NCBI GenBank assembly: GCA_963782525.1
Contig: CAWAKC010000011.1
Location: forward strand, 1-64,000
Source of the DNA: Candidatus Bathyarchaeota archaeon
GTDB lineage: Archaea; Thermoproteota; Bathyarchaeia; Bathyarchaeales; Bathycorpusculaceae
Length of the DNA: 64,000 bases
Direction: 5' to 3'
Shown here: positions 32,275-42,330 of the stretch, piece after piece
How the letters are laid out: every line of letters starts with the position of its first letter
Position numbering within the stretch: position 1 is the first letter of the stretch
Position numbers and translations under genes: made by a program
Notes under the pieces: model-generated
What the model saw: only the letters and a program-made list of their open reading frames with translations
The model's database searches: none
Told to the model about the DNA's origin: nothing

Positions 32275-33621
32275 TTAGCTTTTAAGAGCGGTTTGTACGC
32301 TTTTTTTTCTTCGGTCAATTCTCAGATTGCCTTTTGGCACGAGCGAAATCATTTTTTCAGCATCAGTTAGAAGTTTTTCGACGCCCACAGCGGTTTTTTT
32401 GTTCTCTTCCAATTCCAGTTGCAACAAACATTTTTTGCAGTTTTTGGTGCATTCAACCGATTTGTAGTCATCCGGTTCAGTGTAGGTGGTAATTACCCCT
32501 TCATAGTTTCTCAATACTGTCTTGTGCGTGGACCAAGAGATGATGTAGTTTGGCTGAATAGGAATCTTTCCTCCACCACCAGGGGCATCTACCACAAAAG
32601 TCGGCACCGCAAACCCGCTTGTATGTCCCCGAAGGCTTTCTATGATTTCTATGCCTTTTCCGATAGAAGTCCTAAAGTGACTAAGTCCTTCCGAGAGGTC
32701 GCATTGGAACAAATAGTATGGGCGAACTCGGTTTTGCACTAGTTTTTGGTTTAATTTCTTCATTATATTAGGACAATCGTTTACACCTGCCAGCAGGACA
32801 GATTGGTTTCCTAATGGGATGCCGGCGTCTGCAAGTTTTCTGAGGGCTTCCCTTGCTGGTTGTGTTACCTCTTTTGGATGGTTAAAGTGAGTGTTAAGCC
32901 AGAGTGGATGATGTTTTTTGAGCATTTGCACTAGTTTATCAGTTATCCTGTAAGGTAACACGACGGGTATTCGTGAGCCTATGCGTACAACTTCAACGTG
33001 GGGAATGCTGTTTAACTCAGTTAGAATCCAATCAAGATAGTCATCAGGCACCATAAGTGCGTCTCCGCCTGATAGTAATACGTCACGGATTTCGCTGTGA
33101 CTTTTAATGTATTGGATACCATTGATTATTTGTTGCTTTGAAGGAATATATTCTGGGTCACCGACTTTTCGCTTCCGAGTACAATGTCTACAGTACATTG
33201 CACAGCAGTTGCTAATCAAAAATAGAACCCGGTCGGGGTAGCGATGGGTAATTCCTTTGGTTGGGCTGTCCTTGTCTTCGTGTAGAGGATCTTTCATATC
33301 GTACTTTGAAATTTTTAATTCTGCTGGATTGGGGAACGCCTGCTTGAAGATGGGGTCGTTTCGGTAGTTTTCTTTTTCTATAAGAGAAGCATAGTAGGGG
33401 GTGATGCTGAGAGGAAATTTGCTCACGGTTTTCTCAAGTTCTACGTGGTCTTTTTTTGTGAACCTTATGCCTGTAAAGTTCTCGAAGTCAGCCACAGTTT
33501 TTATCGAATTGTCCAGTTGCCATCTATAGTCAGTCCACTCGCTTAAGCTAACGAAGTTTTGAAGGTTTTTCGGTAAGTCCGTTTCATAACTTATTAGGGA
33601 CGGGATTTTCTCAACAATCAT
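32275..33621 (-). CDS. kamA: lysine 2,3-aminomutase (radical SAM/PLP)
   Basis: [37 protein letters not shown]-terminal Cys cluster. Confidence 0.93.
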   Translation of the reverse strand: MIVEKIPSLISYETDLPKNLQNFVSLSEWTDYRWQLDNSIKTVADFENFTGIRFTKKDHVELEKTVSKFPLSITPYYASLIEKENYRNDPIFKQAFPNPAELKISKYDMKDPLHEDKDSPTKGITHRYPDRVLFLISNCCAMYCRHCTRKRKVGDPEYIPSKQQIINGIQYIKSHSEIRDVLLSGGDALMVPDDYLDWILTELNSIPHVEVVRIGSRIPVVLPYRITDKLVQMLKKHHPLWLNTHFNHPKEVTQPAREALRKLADAGIPLGNQSVLLAGVNDCPNIMKKLNQKLVQNRVRPYYLFQCDLSEGLSHFRTSIGKGIEIIESLRGHTSGFAVPTFVVDAPGGGGKIPIQPNYIISWSTHKTVLRNYEGVITTYTEPDDYKSVECTKNCKKCLLQLELEENKKTAVGVEKLLTDAEKMISLVPKGNLRIDRRKKSVQTALKS

Positions 33622-33844
33622 AACTTTGTTTTCTCCTTCAAAAAGCTTCTTTGTTTACTGATTTCACGTAGGTTCGATGACTTTTATTGATTTTTGACAT
33701 TGTCGCTTCACTAAAAAGCGAAATAGGTTTGACTAAGATGGTGGTTTTTGCGCAGAGGACTTTGCAAAAGTTGTGAAGTGAACCATTTTCGTGGATTTTT
33801 ATGAGGTAGATTATTATTTTGCGATGAAGGACTATAGCATCGTT

Positions 33845-34861
33845 ATGACTCATGTTAAAGCGTTAAGTTTGCTTTCTGGGGGTTTAGACAGTATTCTTGC
33901 TACAGAACTCATCCGAAGACAAAGCATTGAAGTCATAACTTTCAACGTTAAAACCCCCTTTGGTATCCCCAAAAAAGACGGGTCAAGCGAAGCCACCCAA
34001 GCTGCAGAACAACTAAAAGTACCGCTCAAAGTCCTCTGCGTTGAACAAGATTATTTGCGAATGCTACGTAACCCAACGCATGGCTACGGCAAAAACCTAA
34101 ATCCCTGCGTGGACTGCAAAATCTTCATCCTAAAAAAAGCAAAGAAATACGCTAAAGAAATCGGCGCAGACTTCCTGTTTACTGGAGAAGTTTTAGGCGA
34201 ACGCCCAATGTCGCAGCATGGCCCAGCTTTGAAGACTATTGCTGAAGAAGCTGGCTTGAAAGGAAAACTTTTGCGCCCTCTTTCGGCCAAATTGCTGGCT
34301 GAAACGGTTGCTGAAAAGAAGGGGTTAGTTGACCGAAACAAACTGCTTAGCATCCAGGGAAGGTCTCGTAAGCCCCAGTTTGAGCTTGCCAAAGAATATG
34401 GCATTACAACTTTTCCATCTCCAGCAGGCGGATGCCTACTTACTTGCGAAGAATACTCAAAGAAGCTACGCGACCTTTTCGACAACAAAAAACGCATCTC
34501 AATGACAGATATTGCCTTATTGCGGGTGGGCAGGCACTTTAGGCTTGGAAAAAACAAGATAATCGTTGGAAGAAACGAAGCCGAAAACAAGTTTTTAACG
34601 GTCAATAAAATGCCTGGCGATTTCTTTTTTGAACTCTCTGATGTAGTTGGGCCAACAACTCTTCTTCAAGGACCCAAAACAAAGCTGGCGATTGAGACCG
34701 CTGCGAAGCTAACGGCCTCCTATTCCGACGCCAAATCAGGAGAAGTCACGTTAAAATATGGCAAGAATGTCTTCAACAAAAACGTGACAGTGCCGCTGCT
34801 CCTGAAATCTGAGGTGGACAAACTCAGAGTAGGCTATTTAACGAAGAAACCAAAAAAATAA
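33845..34861 (+). CDS. ThiI/MnmA-like PP-loop tRNA sulfurtransferase-related protein
   Basis: SGGLDS, NPCVDC, TGEVLGERPMSQ, PAGGCLLT, VGRHFR. Confidence 0.85.
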   Translation: MTHVKALSLLSGGLDSILATELIRRQSIEVITFNVKTPFGIPKKDGSSEATQAAEQLKVPLKVLCVEQDYLRMLRNPTHGYGKNLNPCVDCKIFILKKAKKYAKEIGADFLFTGEVLGERPMSQHGPALKTIAEEAGLKGKLLRPLSAKLLAETVAEKKGLVDRNKLLSIQGRSRKPQFELAKEYGITTFPSPAGGCLLTCEEYSKKLRDLFDNKKRISMTDIALLRVGRHFRLGKNKIIVGRNEAENKFLTVNKMPGDFFFELSDVVGPTTLLQGPKTKLAIETAAKLTASYSDAKSGEVTLKYGKNVFNKNVTVPLLLKSEVDKLRVGYLTKKPKK

Positions 34862-34922
34862 TTTCTGCTTTTTTGCTATATAGCCATGCAAAAACTTATC
34901 CCTCAATCCACACATAATAGCT

Positions 34923-35750
34923 GTGGGGTTAAAGTTGACTATCCAAACTAACAGGACATTTGGCGGCGTCGGCGCTGTTTTCTCTGCGCTCGGCGTAGTC
35001 AGCACCGTTTCATCGGTCTTTTTGTATGGATATCCAAATTCAACACTTGTTAACTTGCCACTAGCTCTTGTTACCAGTTTTGTGGGGCTTTTTTCTTTTG
35101 TCGGATTTATCTTGTTTCTTGTTGCCATGTATGGCTTTTCAAGGGATTATAATGAACACCGCATATTCAACTATCTCCTATATGGATTTCTTGGAACCAT
35201 TGTGGCTGCAATCATAGCTGGAGTGATTGTAGTTGTCGTAATTTTATTGAACATCTCGAGTATAATTCCAAACCTTAATCACCCAACCACAACACCCTCA
35301 CAAGTTTCATCATCCATGTTAAATTTTATGTCGCCCTTCTTGGCGGTTTTCTCTTTTGTCGGTGTAATTTGGATTGTTTTCAATGTTCTGGCATTTAGGT
35401 TGCTGGGGAAAAAAGCTGCCGTACCCCTGTTTGGTACTGCTGCATCAATTCTGCTTGCGGGCGCCATAGTTAATGTTGCGGTGGGCATAGTGTTTGCTGT
35501 GCTGTTGTATTGGGGGCCGATTGGTTACAACACTTTCTTGTTGGCAGCAGTTCCGGGTGGACTAGTGCAAAATGCTGCATGGGTTTTGTTGGCTATCGCT
35601 TTCTTTAGGATAAAAGTGCCACCTGAACAAACGATTGCTATTTCCAGCGTTCCTCCATTGGCATTTCAAATGAAATACTGCCCAAACTGCGGAACACCAA
35701 ACCAACCAGACGCCGCTTTCTGCACTCGATGCGGACAAAAACTCAGCTAA
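34923..35750 (+). CDS. DUF996-like membrane protein with C-terminal zinc ribbon
   Basis: Multi-TM; CPNCG...FCTRCG. Confidence 0.8.
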   Translation: MGLKLTIQTNRTFGGVGAVFSALGVVSTVSSVFLYGYPNSTLVNLPLALVTSFVGLFSFVGFILFLVAMYGFSRDYNEHRIFNYLLYGFLGTIVAAIIAGVIVVVVILLNISSIIPNLNHPTTTPSQVSSSMLNFMSPFLAVFSFVGVIWIVFNVLAFRLLGKKAAVPLFGTAASILLAGAIVNVAVGIVFAVLLYWGPIGYNTFLLAAVPGGLVQNAAWVLLAIAFFRIKVPPEQTIAISSVPPLAFQMKYCPNCGTPNQPDAAFCTRCGQKLS

Positions 35751-36457
35751 TCTTTTTTCATTGCCTCAGCTTTGAGCTCTCTTGGCATCAACTCAATAGC
35801 ATACCGCAACGCAGTTCTTGGCATAACCTTGCGGTTCTTAAATACATAATCAAAGACTGCGTTTTGGTGTTTTCGGCTTTCCTCTTTAAGCAGCCACCCA
35901 TAACCCTTCTGCACCATATCATCCCCATCCGTTAAGAGCACGTTGCATATCTCAAAGGTATCCTGCAGAAAAAGACCCTTCTTTGCAGGGACAATGAGTG
36001 ATACAGCTGAAGCCCGCTTGAGCCAGCGGTTTTCGCTTTTAGCCCAGCTCTTCACTTCTCCCAAGACCTCAGGATATTTCTGGATTAAGTCCCCGATGGT
36101 ATGATTGCAGAATCCGTCACATTTTGCCCAGTTGTTAATGTAGCTTTCAATCCACTGCTTGAAAGTAGCCAAATCACTCGGCTCCAAGTTATCTATGTAG
36201 TTGGGCAGCCAAAAAGCAACAATGAATGCTTCTTCAGTGTAGTCGGAGCGGTAGAGTTCCTCGCATAAATTAAAAATCGCTTGTTTATCCAAAGTTTTTA
36301 CTTTTGGCCAATATTTCTTGGCGATTTTGCCAACTGTCTCGGTTTTGACACCATAATATTTTACTTGTTCTTTGAAAAATCGTTGAAAACTCTTCTGTGT
36401 TTTGGCGTCTGTGGTGGCTTTTAGGTCGGCTCTGATTTGTGCTAGGATATTGGGCAT
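35747..36457 (-). CDS. AlkD-like DNA alkylation repair protein
   Basis: NNWAKCD, VQKGYGWLLKE, RTALRYAIE. Confidence 0.9.
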   Translation of the reverse strand: MPNILAQIRADLKATTDAKTQKSFQRFFKEQVKYYGVKTETVGKIAKKYWPKVKTLDKQAIFNLCEELYRSDYTEEAFIVAFWLPNYIDNLEPSDLATFKQWIESYINNWAKCDGFCNHTIGDLIQKYPEVLGEVKSWAKSENRWLKRASAVSLIVPAKKGLFLQDTFEICNVLLTDGDDMVQKGYGWLLKEESRKHQNAVFDYVFKNRKVMPRTALRYAIELMPRELKAEAMKKD

Positions 36458-36537
36458 GACTGAAAGAAACAGAGTTTGATAATAATAGCTTTTCCAAAAA
36501 TACACAAAAATTAAAACAAAATTGGGGAAGATGGAGT

Positions 36538-36825
36538 TTAGTAGTCTTCCATCTGGTAGAGACCCAAATCAATATTCAAAGCTTTTTCGGGTCCACAGGT
36601 GTCTTCGAGGTCGTAGAGGTGACTTGTTGCTTTTTCTAAACGAGTTTTTTTAACGGTCACTTTAGCTTTAACCATCCTGACTTTCATTTTTTCCTTTGGT
36701 TTAGGCAATATGGCTGATGCGCCAAGGACCAGGGTGTTATCGATGATTTTTGGAGTGACCTCAATTTTGGGGTCTTCAAGTGATAGTCCAAGTTTTAGGT
36801 GGTCCTCATGCAGATGTTTAGTCAA
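36538..36825 (-). CDS. hypothetical protein coupled to the RHH gene
   Basis: TTG start overlaps the end of the upstream RHH gene. Confidence 0.55.
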   Translation of the reverse strand: MTKHLHEDHLKLGLSLEDPKIEVTPKIIDNTLVLGASAILPKPKEKMKVRMVKAKVTVKKTRLEKATSHLYDLEDTCGPEKALNIDLGLYQMEDY

Positions 36826-36973
36826 CGCCTTTACGCCTCCAAACTTCAGCACTGATTAGGTCTCGGATTGCGACTCGGATGGCTTCGGCACGGTTTGGAT
36901 AGAACCGTTCGTCAACCAGCTGGTCCAAAGCTTTTATATACGTTTCAGGCAGATACAGAGTGATTAGTTTCAT
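36818..36973 (-). CDS. CdrS-like ribbon-helix-helix regulator (51 aa)
   Basis: Manual translation MKLITLYLPETYIKALDQLVDERFYPNRAEAIRVAIRDLISAEVWRRKGVD; PNR.EAIR signature. Missed by the ORF track. Confidence 0.85.
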   Translation of the reverse strand: MKLITLYLPETYIKALDQLVDERFYPNRAEAIRVAIRDLISAEVWRRKGVD

Positions 36974-37184
36974 TAGGATTTCTCTCCCTGTGTAGGTTGA
37001 GTAATTAACTAAAACGTATATTCTTGGTTATACTTCTATATATTATGTGGCAAATATGCTTATAACATGTTCATCCAACACTATATAAACCTTGGAACAT
37101 GAAGGCTATAGTTATCTGTCAATTAAGGCACACCAAGGATCACGTTTTTATTCCTTGTTGAAGCAACTAACGAACGAACAAACC

Positions 37185-38471
37185 ATGGACAAGCGGGTTT
37201 TCATCAAAAACTTCGGCTGCTCCTCCAACACAGCAGACGGCGAAGTATTAGCAGGATGCCTAGCGCAAGCAGGATACAAAATAGTCCTATCAGAAACAGA
37301 CGCAGACCTGCTAATCTATAACACCTGTGCAGTCAAAGGACCCACAGAAAACCGCATAATCAACGAAATAAAAAATGCACCAAAAAATAAAAAAATTGTA
37401 ATCACAGGTTGTTTACCCAAGATAAGTTTTGAACGGATGATGCGCGAAGTTCATTTTGACGGTGCTGTTGGTCCGGCAGTTGGGGAAGAAATAGTTGACG
37501 TTGTCTCGCGGGTTTTTGAAGGTGAGGCAGTGGTGAATGTTGGAGCTTTAGAAAAGCCGCTTTTGGGTCTTCCAAGACAAACGTCCAACCCAATCGTAAG
37601 CATTGTTCCAATTAACTTTGGTTGCTTGGGCAGTTGCTCCTATTGTTGCGTGGTACATGCGCGTGGTCACCTTCAAAGCTACAGCATCGAAGAAATCACA
37701 AAACGCATAAAGAAAGATTATTCCGCTGGCGCCAAAGAGTTCTGGGTAACATCTCAGGACACCGCCAGCTACGGAAGAGAATTACACACTGACCTCGCAG
37801 AATTGCTTTTCACAATTGATGCTTTGGAGGGCGATTTTAGGGTTAGAGTGGGCATGATGACGCCAAACTTAGTTACCGACATGCAAAGCAGGCTAATTTG
37901 GGCTTTTGAGGATAAGAAAATCTTCAAGTTCCTCCATCTACCCGTGCAGACCGGAGACGATACTATACTACAGTACATGCGGAGATTCTACACTGCATCT
38001 GAGTTCAGGGGCATCGTTGAGTCATTCAGGGCTAATTACCGAGACTTAACGCTTGCTACCGATGTGATTGTTGGTTTTCCAGGCGAAACAGAAAAGGCTT
38101 TCCAGAATACCTTGAGGCTTTTGGAGGAGGTTAAGCCTGATGTGGTTAATGTTTCAAAGTTCTTTGCCAGACCTAAGACTCCTGCTTGGAATATGAAGGA
38201 TGGCTTGATAGAGAAGGGGGAGATTAAACGTAGAAGCACCGTTGCATCGGAGTTGGCGAAGCGGCTTTCAGCCGAGCGGAATCGGCGTTGGGTTGACTGG
38301 AGTGGAGAAGTGCTCATCGACGAGATAGGTAAGGTTGAGGGTTCATGGGTTGGACGCAACTTCGCCTACAAACCAATCGTACTAAAAAGCAAGGATAATC
38401 TGTTGGGTAGAACCTTGAAAGTTAAAGTCGTTGAGGCTTTGGGAACTTACCTAAAAGGCGAAATACAATAA
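37185..38471 (+). CDS. tRNA t6A methylthiotransferase (MiaB/MtaB family)
   Basis: FGCSSN, NTCAV, CLGSCSYC radical SAM motif, TRAM-like C-terminus. Confidence 0.92.
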   Translation: MDKRVFIKNFGCSSNTADGEVLAGCLAQAGYKIVLSETDADLLIYNTCAVKGPTENRIINEIKNAPKNKKIVITGCLPKISFERMMREVHFDGAVGPAVGEEIVDVVSRVFEGEAVVNVGALEKPLLGLPRQTSNPIVSIVPINFGCLGSCSYCCVVHARGHLQSYSIEEITKRIKKDYSAGAKEFWVTSQDTASYGRELHTDLAELLFTIDALEGDFRVRVGMMTPNLVTDMQSRLIWAFEDKKIFKFLHLPVQTGDDTILQYMRRFYTASEFRGIVESFRANYRDLTLATDVIVGFPGETEKAFQNTLRLLEEVKPDVVNVSKFFARPKTPAWNMKDGLIEKGEIKRRSTVASELAKRLSAERNRRWVDWSGEVLIDEIGKVEGSWVGRNFAYKPIVLKSKDNLLGRTLKVKVVEALGTYLKGEIQ

Positions 38472-38635
38472 GCATACTTGTAATTTTTTTCCATACCCTT
38501 CTGTAAAGGCAAGAGAAAACACCTCTCTCTCAAAGACACTCCTCCTCTCTATTAATAGACTGAATTTATTTGCAAATTGTCACCCATGTGAACGCTTATA
38601 TAATTTCGGCTCTGTATTTTGTTCGAGCTGAGATA

Positions 38636-40060
38636 GTGACATCCACGCAGTCAAAAATTTGTTTTTTTAACACTTTTACACGCCGAAAAGAAGCTTTTAA
38701 GCCGTTGCAAGACAGCGAAGTGAAAATGTACACTTGTGGTCCCACGGTTTATGATTTTGCGCATATTGGCAATTTTCGGGCTTTTTTGTTTGAGGATTTG
38801 TTGAAGCGTTGGCTGGTTCAGCGGGGCTTTAAAGTTACACATGTGATGAATATAACCGACATAGATGATAAGACCATTAAGGGCAGCCAAAATCAAGGTG
38901 TGCCCCTTCAGCAGTTTACGGATTTCTACGTGAAAGCCTTCTTTGAAGATATTAAAGCATTAAACATTGAACCCGCCAATGTTTACCCCAAAGCAACCGA
39001 CCACATCCCCGAAATGGTCGCCATAATCAAAACGCTGATTGCAAAAGGCATCGCTTACAAAGGCGAAGACGGCTCAATCTACTTCTCTGTCTGCAAGTTC
39101 CCAGACTATGGCAAAATGTCCCGAATCAAAGTTGACGAATTGAAGGCTGGGGCAAGAGTAAGCCAAGACGAATACGCCAAAGAAGAAGCGCAGGATTTTG
39201 CACTTTGGAAGGCGTGGAATCCTGAAGACGGTGACGTATTCTGGGAAACTGAATTGGGCAAGGGTAGGCCAGGTTGGCACATCGAATGCAGCGCCATGTC
39301 CATGAAATACTTAGGCGAAACTTTCGACATCCACTGCGGCGGAGTCGACAACATGTTCCCCCACCACGAAAACGAAACCGCCCAATCAGAAGCAGCCACG
39401 GGCAAAAAATTCGTTGATTACTGGATGCACAACGAGCACTTGCAGGTGGAAGGCAAAAAAATGTCCAAGCGATTCGGCAACTTCTACACCCTACGTGACC
39501 TCTTAGCCAAAGGCTATGACCCAATTGCCATCCGTTACCTGCTAATGTCTACGCATTACCGCCAGCAATTCAACTTTACTTTTGAAGGCTTAGACGCTGC
39601 TAAGGGTGCAGTTGATAGACTGAGGAATTTTGTTAGACGATTACATGATACTGATGGCAAGGAAAGCGGCGGAAAAGTCGCCAACTTTATCGCTAAAGCT
39701 GAGATTTGCTTTGGCGGTTCAATGGATGATGACTTAAACATCAGCATAGCGTTAGCATCGCTTTTTGATTTTGTGCGTGAGATCAATAATTTACTCGATG
39801 CCAACATGGTAAGCAAAACCGAAGCCGCTGACATTGGCGGGTTAATGATGAAGTTCGACGCAGTTTTAGGCGTAATCGGCAAGGTGGAAGTTGAAGAAGC
39901 GTTATCTGCAGACATCGATGCATTGGTGCAGAAGCGTGAGGCAGCCCGCAAGACCAAAAACTGGACAGAATCTGATGCCATACGAGCCCAGCTGAAAGCG
40001 ATGGGCATCGTGCTTGAGGATACAGCGCAAGGCGTACGGTGGCATAAAGAGAAAGTTTAG
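38636..40060 (+). CDS. cysS: cysteine--tRNA ligase
   Basis: CGPTVY, HIGN, GRPGWHIECSAMS, KMSK. Confidence 0.97.
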   Translation: MTSTQSKICFFNTFTRRKEAFKPLQDSEVKMYTCGPTVYDFAHIGNFRAFLFEDLLKRWLVQRGFKVTHVMNITDIDDKTIKGSQNQGVPLQQFTDFYVKAFFEDIKALNIEPANVYPKATDHIPEMVAIIKTLIAKGIAYKGEDGSIYFSVCKFPDYGKMSRIKVDELKAGARVSQDEYAKEEAQDFALWKAWNPEDGDVFWETELGKGRPGWHIECSAMSMKYLGETFDIHCGGVDNMFPHHENETAQSEAATGKKFVDYWMHNEHLQVEGKKMSKRFGNFYTLRDLLAKGYDPIAIRYLLMSTHYRQQFNFTFEGLDAAKGAVDRLRNFVRRLHDTDGKESGGKVANFIAKAEICFGGSMDDDLNISIALASLFDFVREINNLLDANMVSKTEAADIGGLMMKFDAVLGVIGKVEVEEALSADIDALVQKREAARKTKNWTESDAIRAQLKAMGIVLEDTAQGVRWHKEKV

Positions 40061-40839
40061 GTTTTGCCGCCTAAATTCCATTCTTTTGTAGAATACTTTT
40101 CTTTATAGAGCTTCTTTGCAGTTTCCAATTCTAAAGGGGTTAATTCGCCCTCTTCGAGCTGAATTTTTAAAATTGCCTTAAAGCCCTGTGCTAACGCGTT
40201 GGCAACTGTCTCTGGGCTGGTTTTGTGACCTAGTTCATCTTGTATGCTGGTGATTTTGCGTTTGGCGATGTCTGCTGCTTGGGTGCAGCTGGCATCTTTG
40301 AATTTCAGGAGCGTGAACATTTTGGACAAATCTACATTTCTTAGCAAAGTGCCATGTTGCAACACTACGCCGCGGGTAATGGTTTGGCTGCTTCCTGAGA
40401 TTTTTTTGCCGTTAACTGTTAAGTTTGGGCAATTCTTTGCATCCCCGCTGCTAAAATCGGCTGTTACCCCCAGAAGCCGGAGTGCGTCGGTTATTGCATG
40501 GTAAATTTTGAAATAGATTTCCGTTATGTCGGTGGTGCCCATGGTTGCTGTTTCGGCGATTACGCTGTAGGTGACTTCGCCTTCATAGTCATGGTAGACT
40601 GTTCCGCCGCCGCTGGTGCGCCTAACCACATCAACGTCCTGCTGTTTGCAGGTGTCAAGGTAAATTTCGTTTTCTGGATTCTGGTTTTTGCCGATGCTGA
40701 CTGTGGATGGTAGCCAACGGTAAAACCGCAGTGTGTTCGGAACCTGTCCAGCGATTCGTGCGTTTAGGATGGCTTCATCGATTGCCATGTTCATGAAAGC
40801 ATTGTTAGTCTGTAGAGGAAGTAAACGCCAAATATCCAT
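40057..40839 (-). CDS. lipoate-protein ligase A family protein
   Basis: NMAIDEA, RRTSGGGTVYHD, KKISGSSQ, QHGTLL. Confidence 0.92.
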   Translation of the reverse strand: MDIWRLLPLQTNNAFMNMAIDEAILNARIAGQVPNTLRFYRWLPSTVSIGKNQNPENEIYLDTCKQQDVDVVRRTSGGGTVYHDYEGEVTYSVIAETATMGTTDITEIYFKIYHAITDALRLLGVTADFSSGDAKNCPNLTVNGKKISGSSQTITRGVVLQHGTLLRNVDLSKMFTLLKFKDASCTQAADIAKRKITSIQDELGHKTSPETVANALAQGFKAILKIQLEEGELTPLELETAKKLYKEKYSTKEWNLGGKT

Positions 40840-40959
40840 TACACTTCAATCCTTCCGAATGAAAATTAAGTTGTGCTTAAAACTGTTACGCATTGGACTT
40901 GGTTAATGAAATTCTTTTTTGGATATGTTCTTATGCTAAGCAATAAAATAAGGTAAGAT

Positions 40960-41169
40960 GTGGTCGTCATGGTTGCTCGTAAATCTACCGTTCTTCTTGA
41001 ACCTGCAGAGGAAGGTGGTTTCATCGTTAAATCTGTGGAACTGCCAGTTGCAACACAAGGGGAAACCAAAGAGGAAGCTCTAAGCAATATTAAAGAAGCA
41101 ATTGAAGGCTATTTGGAAGTTAAAGCAAAACTTCTTAACAAAAACCTAAGGGCGAAAAGGCTGAAGTGA
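40960..41169 (+). CDS. hicB: HicB-family antitoxin
   Basis: EEGGF...TQGETKEEALSNIKEAIEGYL. Confidence 0.88.
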   Translation: MVVMVARKSTVLLEPAEEGGFIVKSVELPVATQGETKEEALSNIKEAIEGYLEVKAKLLNKNLRAKRLK

Positions 41170-41388
41170 TTGTCGAAGCTCCCTCTGCTCTCATGGCGTG
41201 AAATAGTTAAGGCGCTAACAAAAGCAGGCTTTCTAATTGAGCGCCAAAGAGGCAGCCATTTAATTCTTGTTAAGAACGAGCGTATAATTCCTGTTCCTGA
41301 GCATGAACAAATAAAGAAAGGGTTGCCTATGGCGATAATAGAAGAGGCTGGGTTAACAAAGAAAGAATTTCAACGGCTTCTTAAATAG
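41170..41388 (+). CDS. hicA: HicA-family mRNA interferase toxin
   Basis: L.KAGF...RQRGSH...VPEH. Confidence 0.88.
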   Translation: MSKLPLLSWREIVKALTKAGFLIERQRGSHLILVKNERIIPVPEHEQIKKGLPMAIIEEAGLTKKEFQRLLK

Positions 41389-41448
41389 AATTTAAGACAA
41401 GCCTTAAAACCTAATCCTGCATTTCTAAGTTGGCAAAGAGGCATTTAC

Positions 41449-42330
41449 GTGAAGGTTATCTCTGGTCCAGCATCCAAAGAGCTTGCTGAAGCGGTTTCAG
41501 CCCAAACAGGCTACACAAACATCCCAGTTGTAGCAAAGATTTTTCCTGACGGCGAATCCTACGTCCGTTTAGACGGTGACGTTAAAGGCGAAGAAGTCGC
41601 TATCGTGCAAACTACTTGTCCGCCCATGCAGGATGGAAGGCTTTTCCAGTTGGCGTTCATGGCTGATTCGGCTAAGCGTGCAGGCGCAAAAAAAGTAACC
41701 GCTGTTGTACCTTACTTGGCGTATGCTAGGCAGGACAAAATGTTCCTCTCAGGCGAGGGCATAAGTGTTGAAACCATTGCGCGGATGCTTAAAGCTGCAG
41801 GAATCGACCAGTTTCTAACTGTAAACATCCATTCCGAACCCACGTTGTCGCAGTTCCCGTTTCCAGCCAAAACCCTCAGCGCCATTCCACTCATCGCAGA
41901 CTACTTCGTCAAGAAAGGCTTCAAAGGAGCGTTTGCGCTCTCACCCGACAAAGGCGCTATGTACATCGCTAAGCAGGCGCAGGCAGTTTTAGGTGGCGAT
42001 GTGGGGCATCTAAGCAAAATCCGCGACCGCTACACTGGGCAAACTGTCCAAACTGCAGAAGGCTTGAATGTTAAGGGTCAAGCAGTCATAATTCTCGACG
42101 ATATCATCAGTACCGGCGGCACCATTGTTGGCGCAGCCAAAATCCTCCGTGAACAGGGCGCTAAGCGTGTGTTCTGCGGTTGTGTCCATGGATTGCTCAT
42201 AGGTGTTGCAGAAAAGCGGATTTTAGATGCGGGTGTGGAGGAAATTGTTGGAACTGATAGTGTCCCGGGTAATGTAAGCAAAGTTTCACTTGCACCGCTC
42301 ATTAGTCAAGAGCTTAAGGCGCAACGGTAG
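41449..42330 (+). CDS. prs: ribose-phosphate pyrophosphokinase
   Basis: FPDGE, YLAYARQDK, LDDIISTGGT. Confidence 0.96.
   Translation: MKVISGPASKELAEAVSAQTGYTNIPVVAKIFPDGESYVRLDGDVKGEEVAIVQTTCPPMQDGRLFQLAFMADSAKRAGAKKVTAVVPYLAYARQDKMFLSGEGISVETIARMLKAAGIDQFLTVNIHSEPTLSQFPFPAKTLSAIPLIADYFVKKGFKGAFALSPDKGAMYIAKQAQAVLGGDVGHLSKIRDRYTGQTVQTAEGLNVKGQAVIILDDIISTGGTIVGAAKILREQGAKRVFCGCVHGLLIGVAEKRILDAGVEEIVGTDSVPGNVSKVSLAPLISQELKAQR

Noticed and set aside
32274-32318. Possible programmed frameshift fusing kamA and the acetyltransferase at an A8 run
   Set aside because: An ATG 1 nt after the kamA stop explains the arrangement by ordinary translational coupling.
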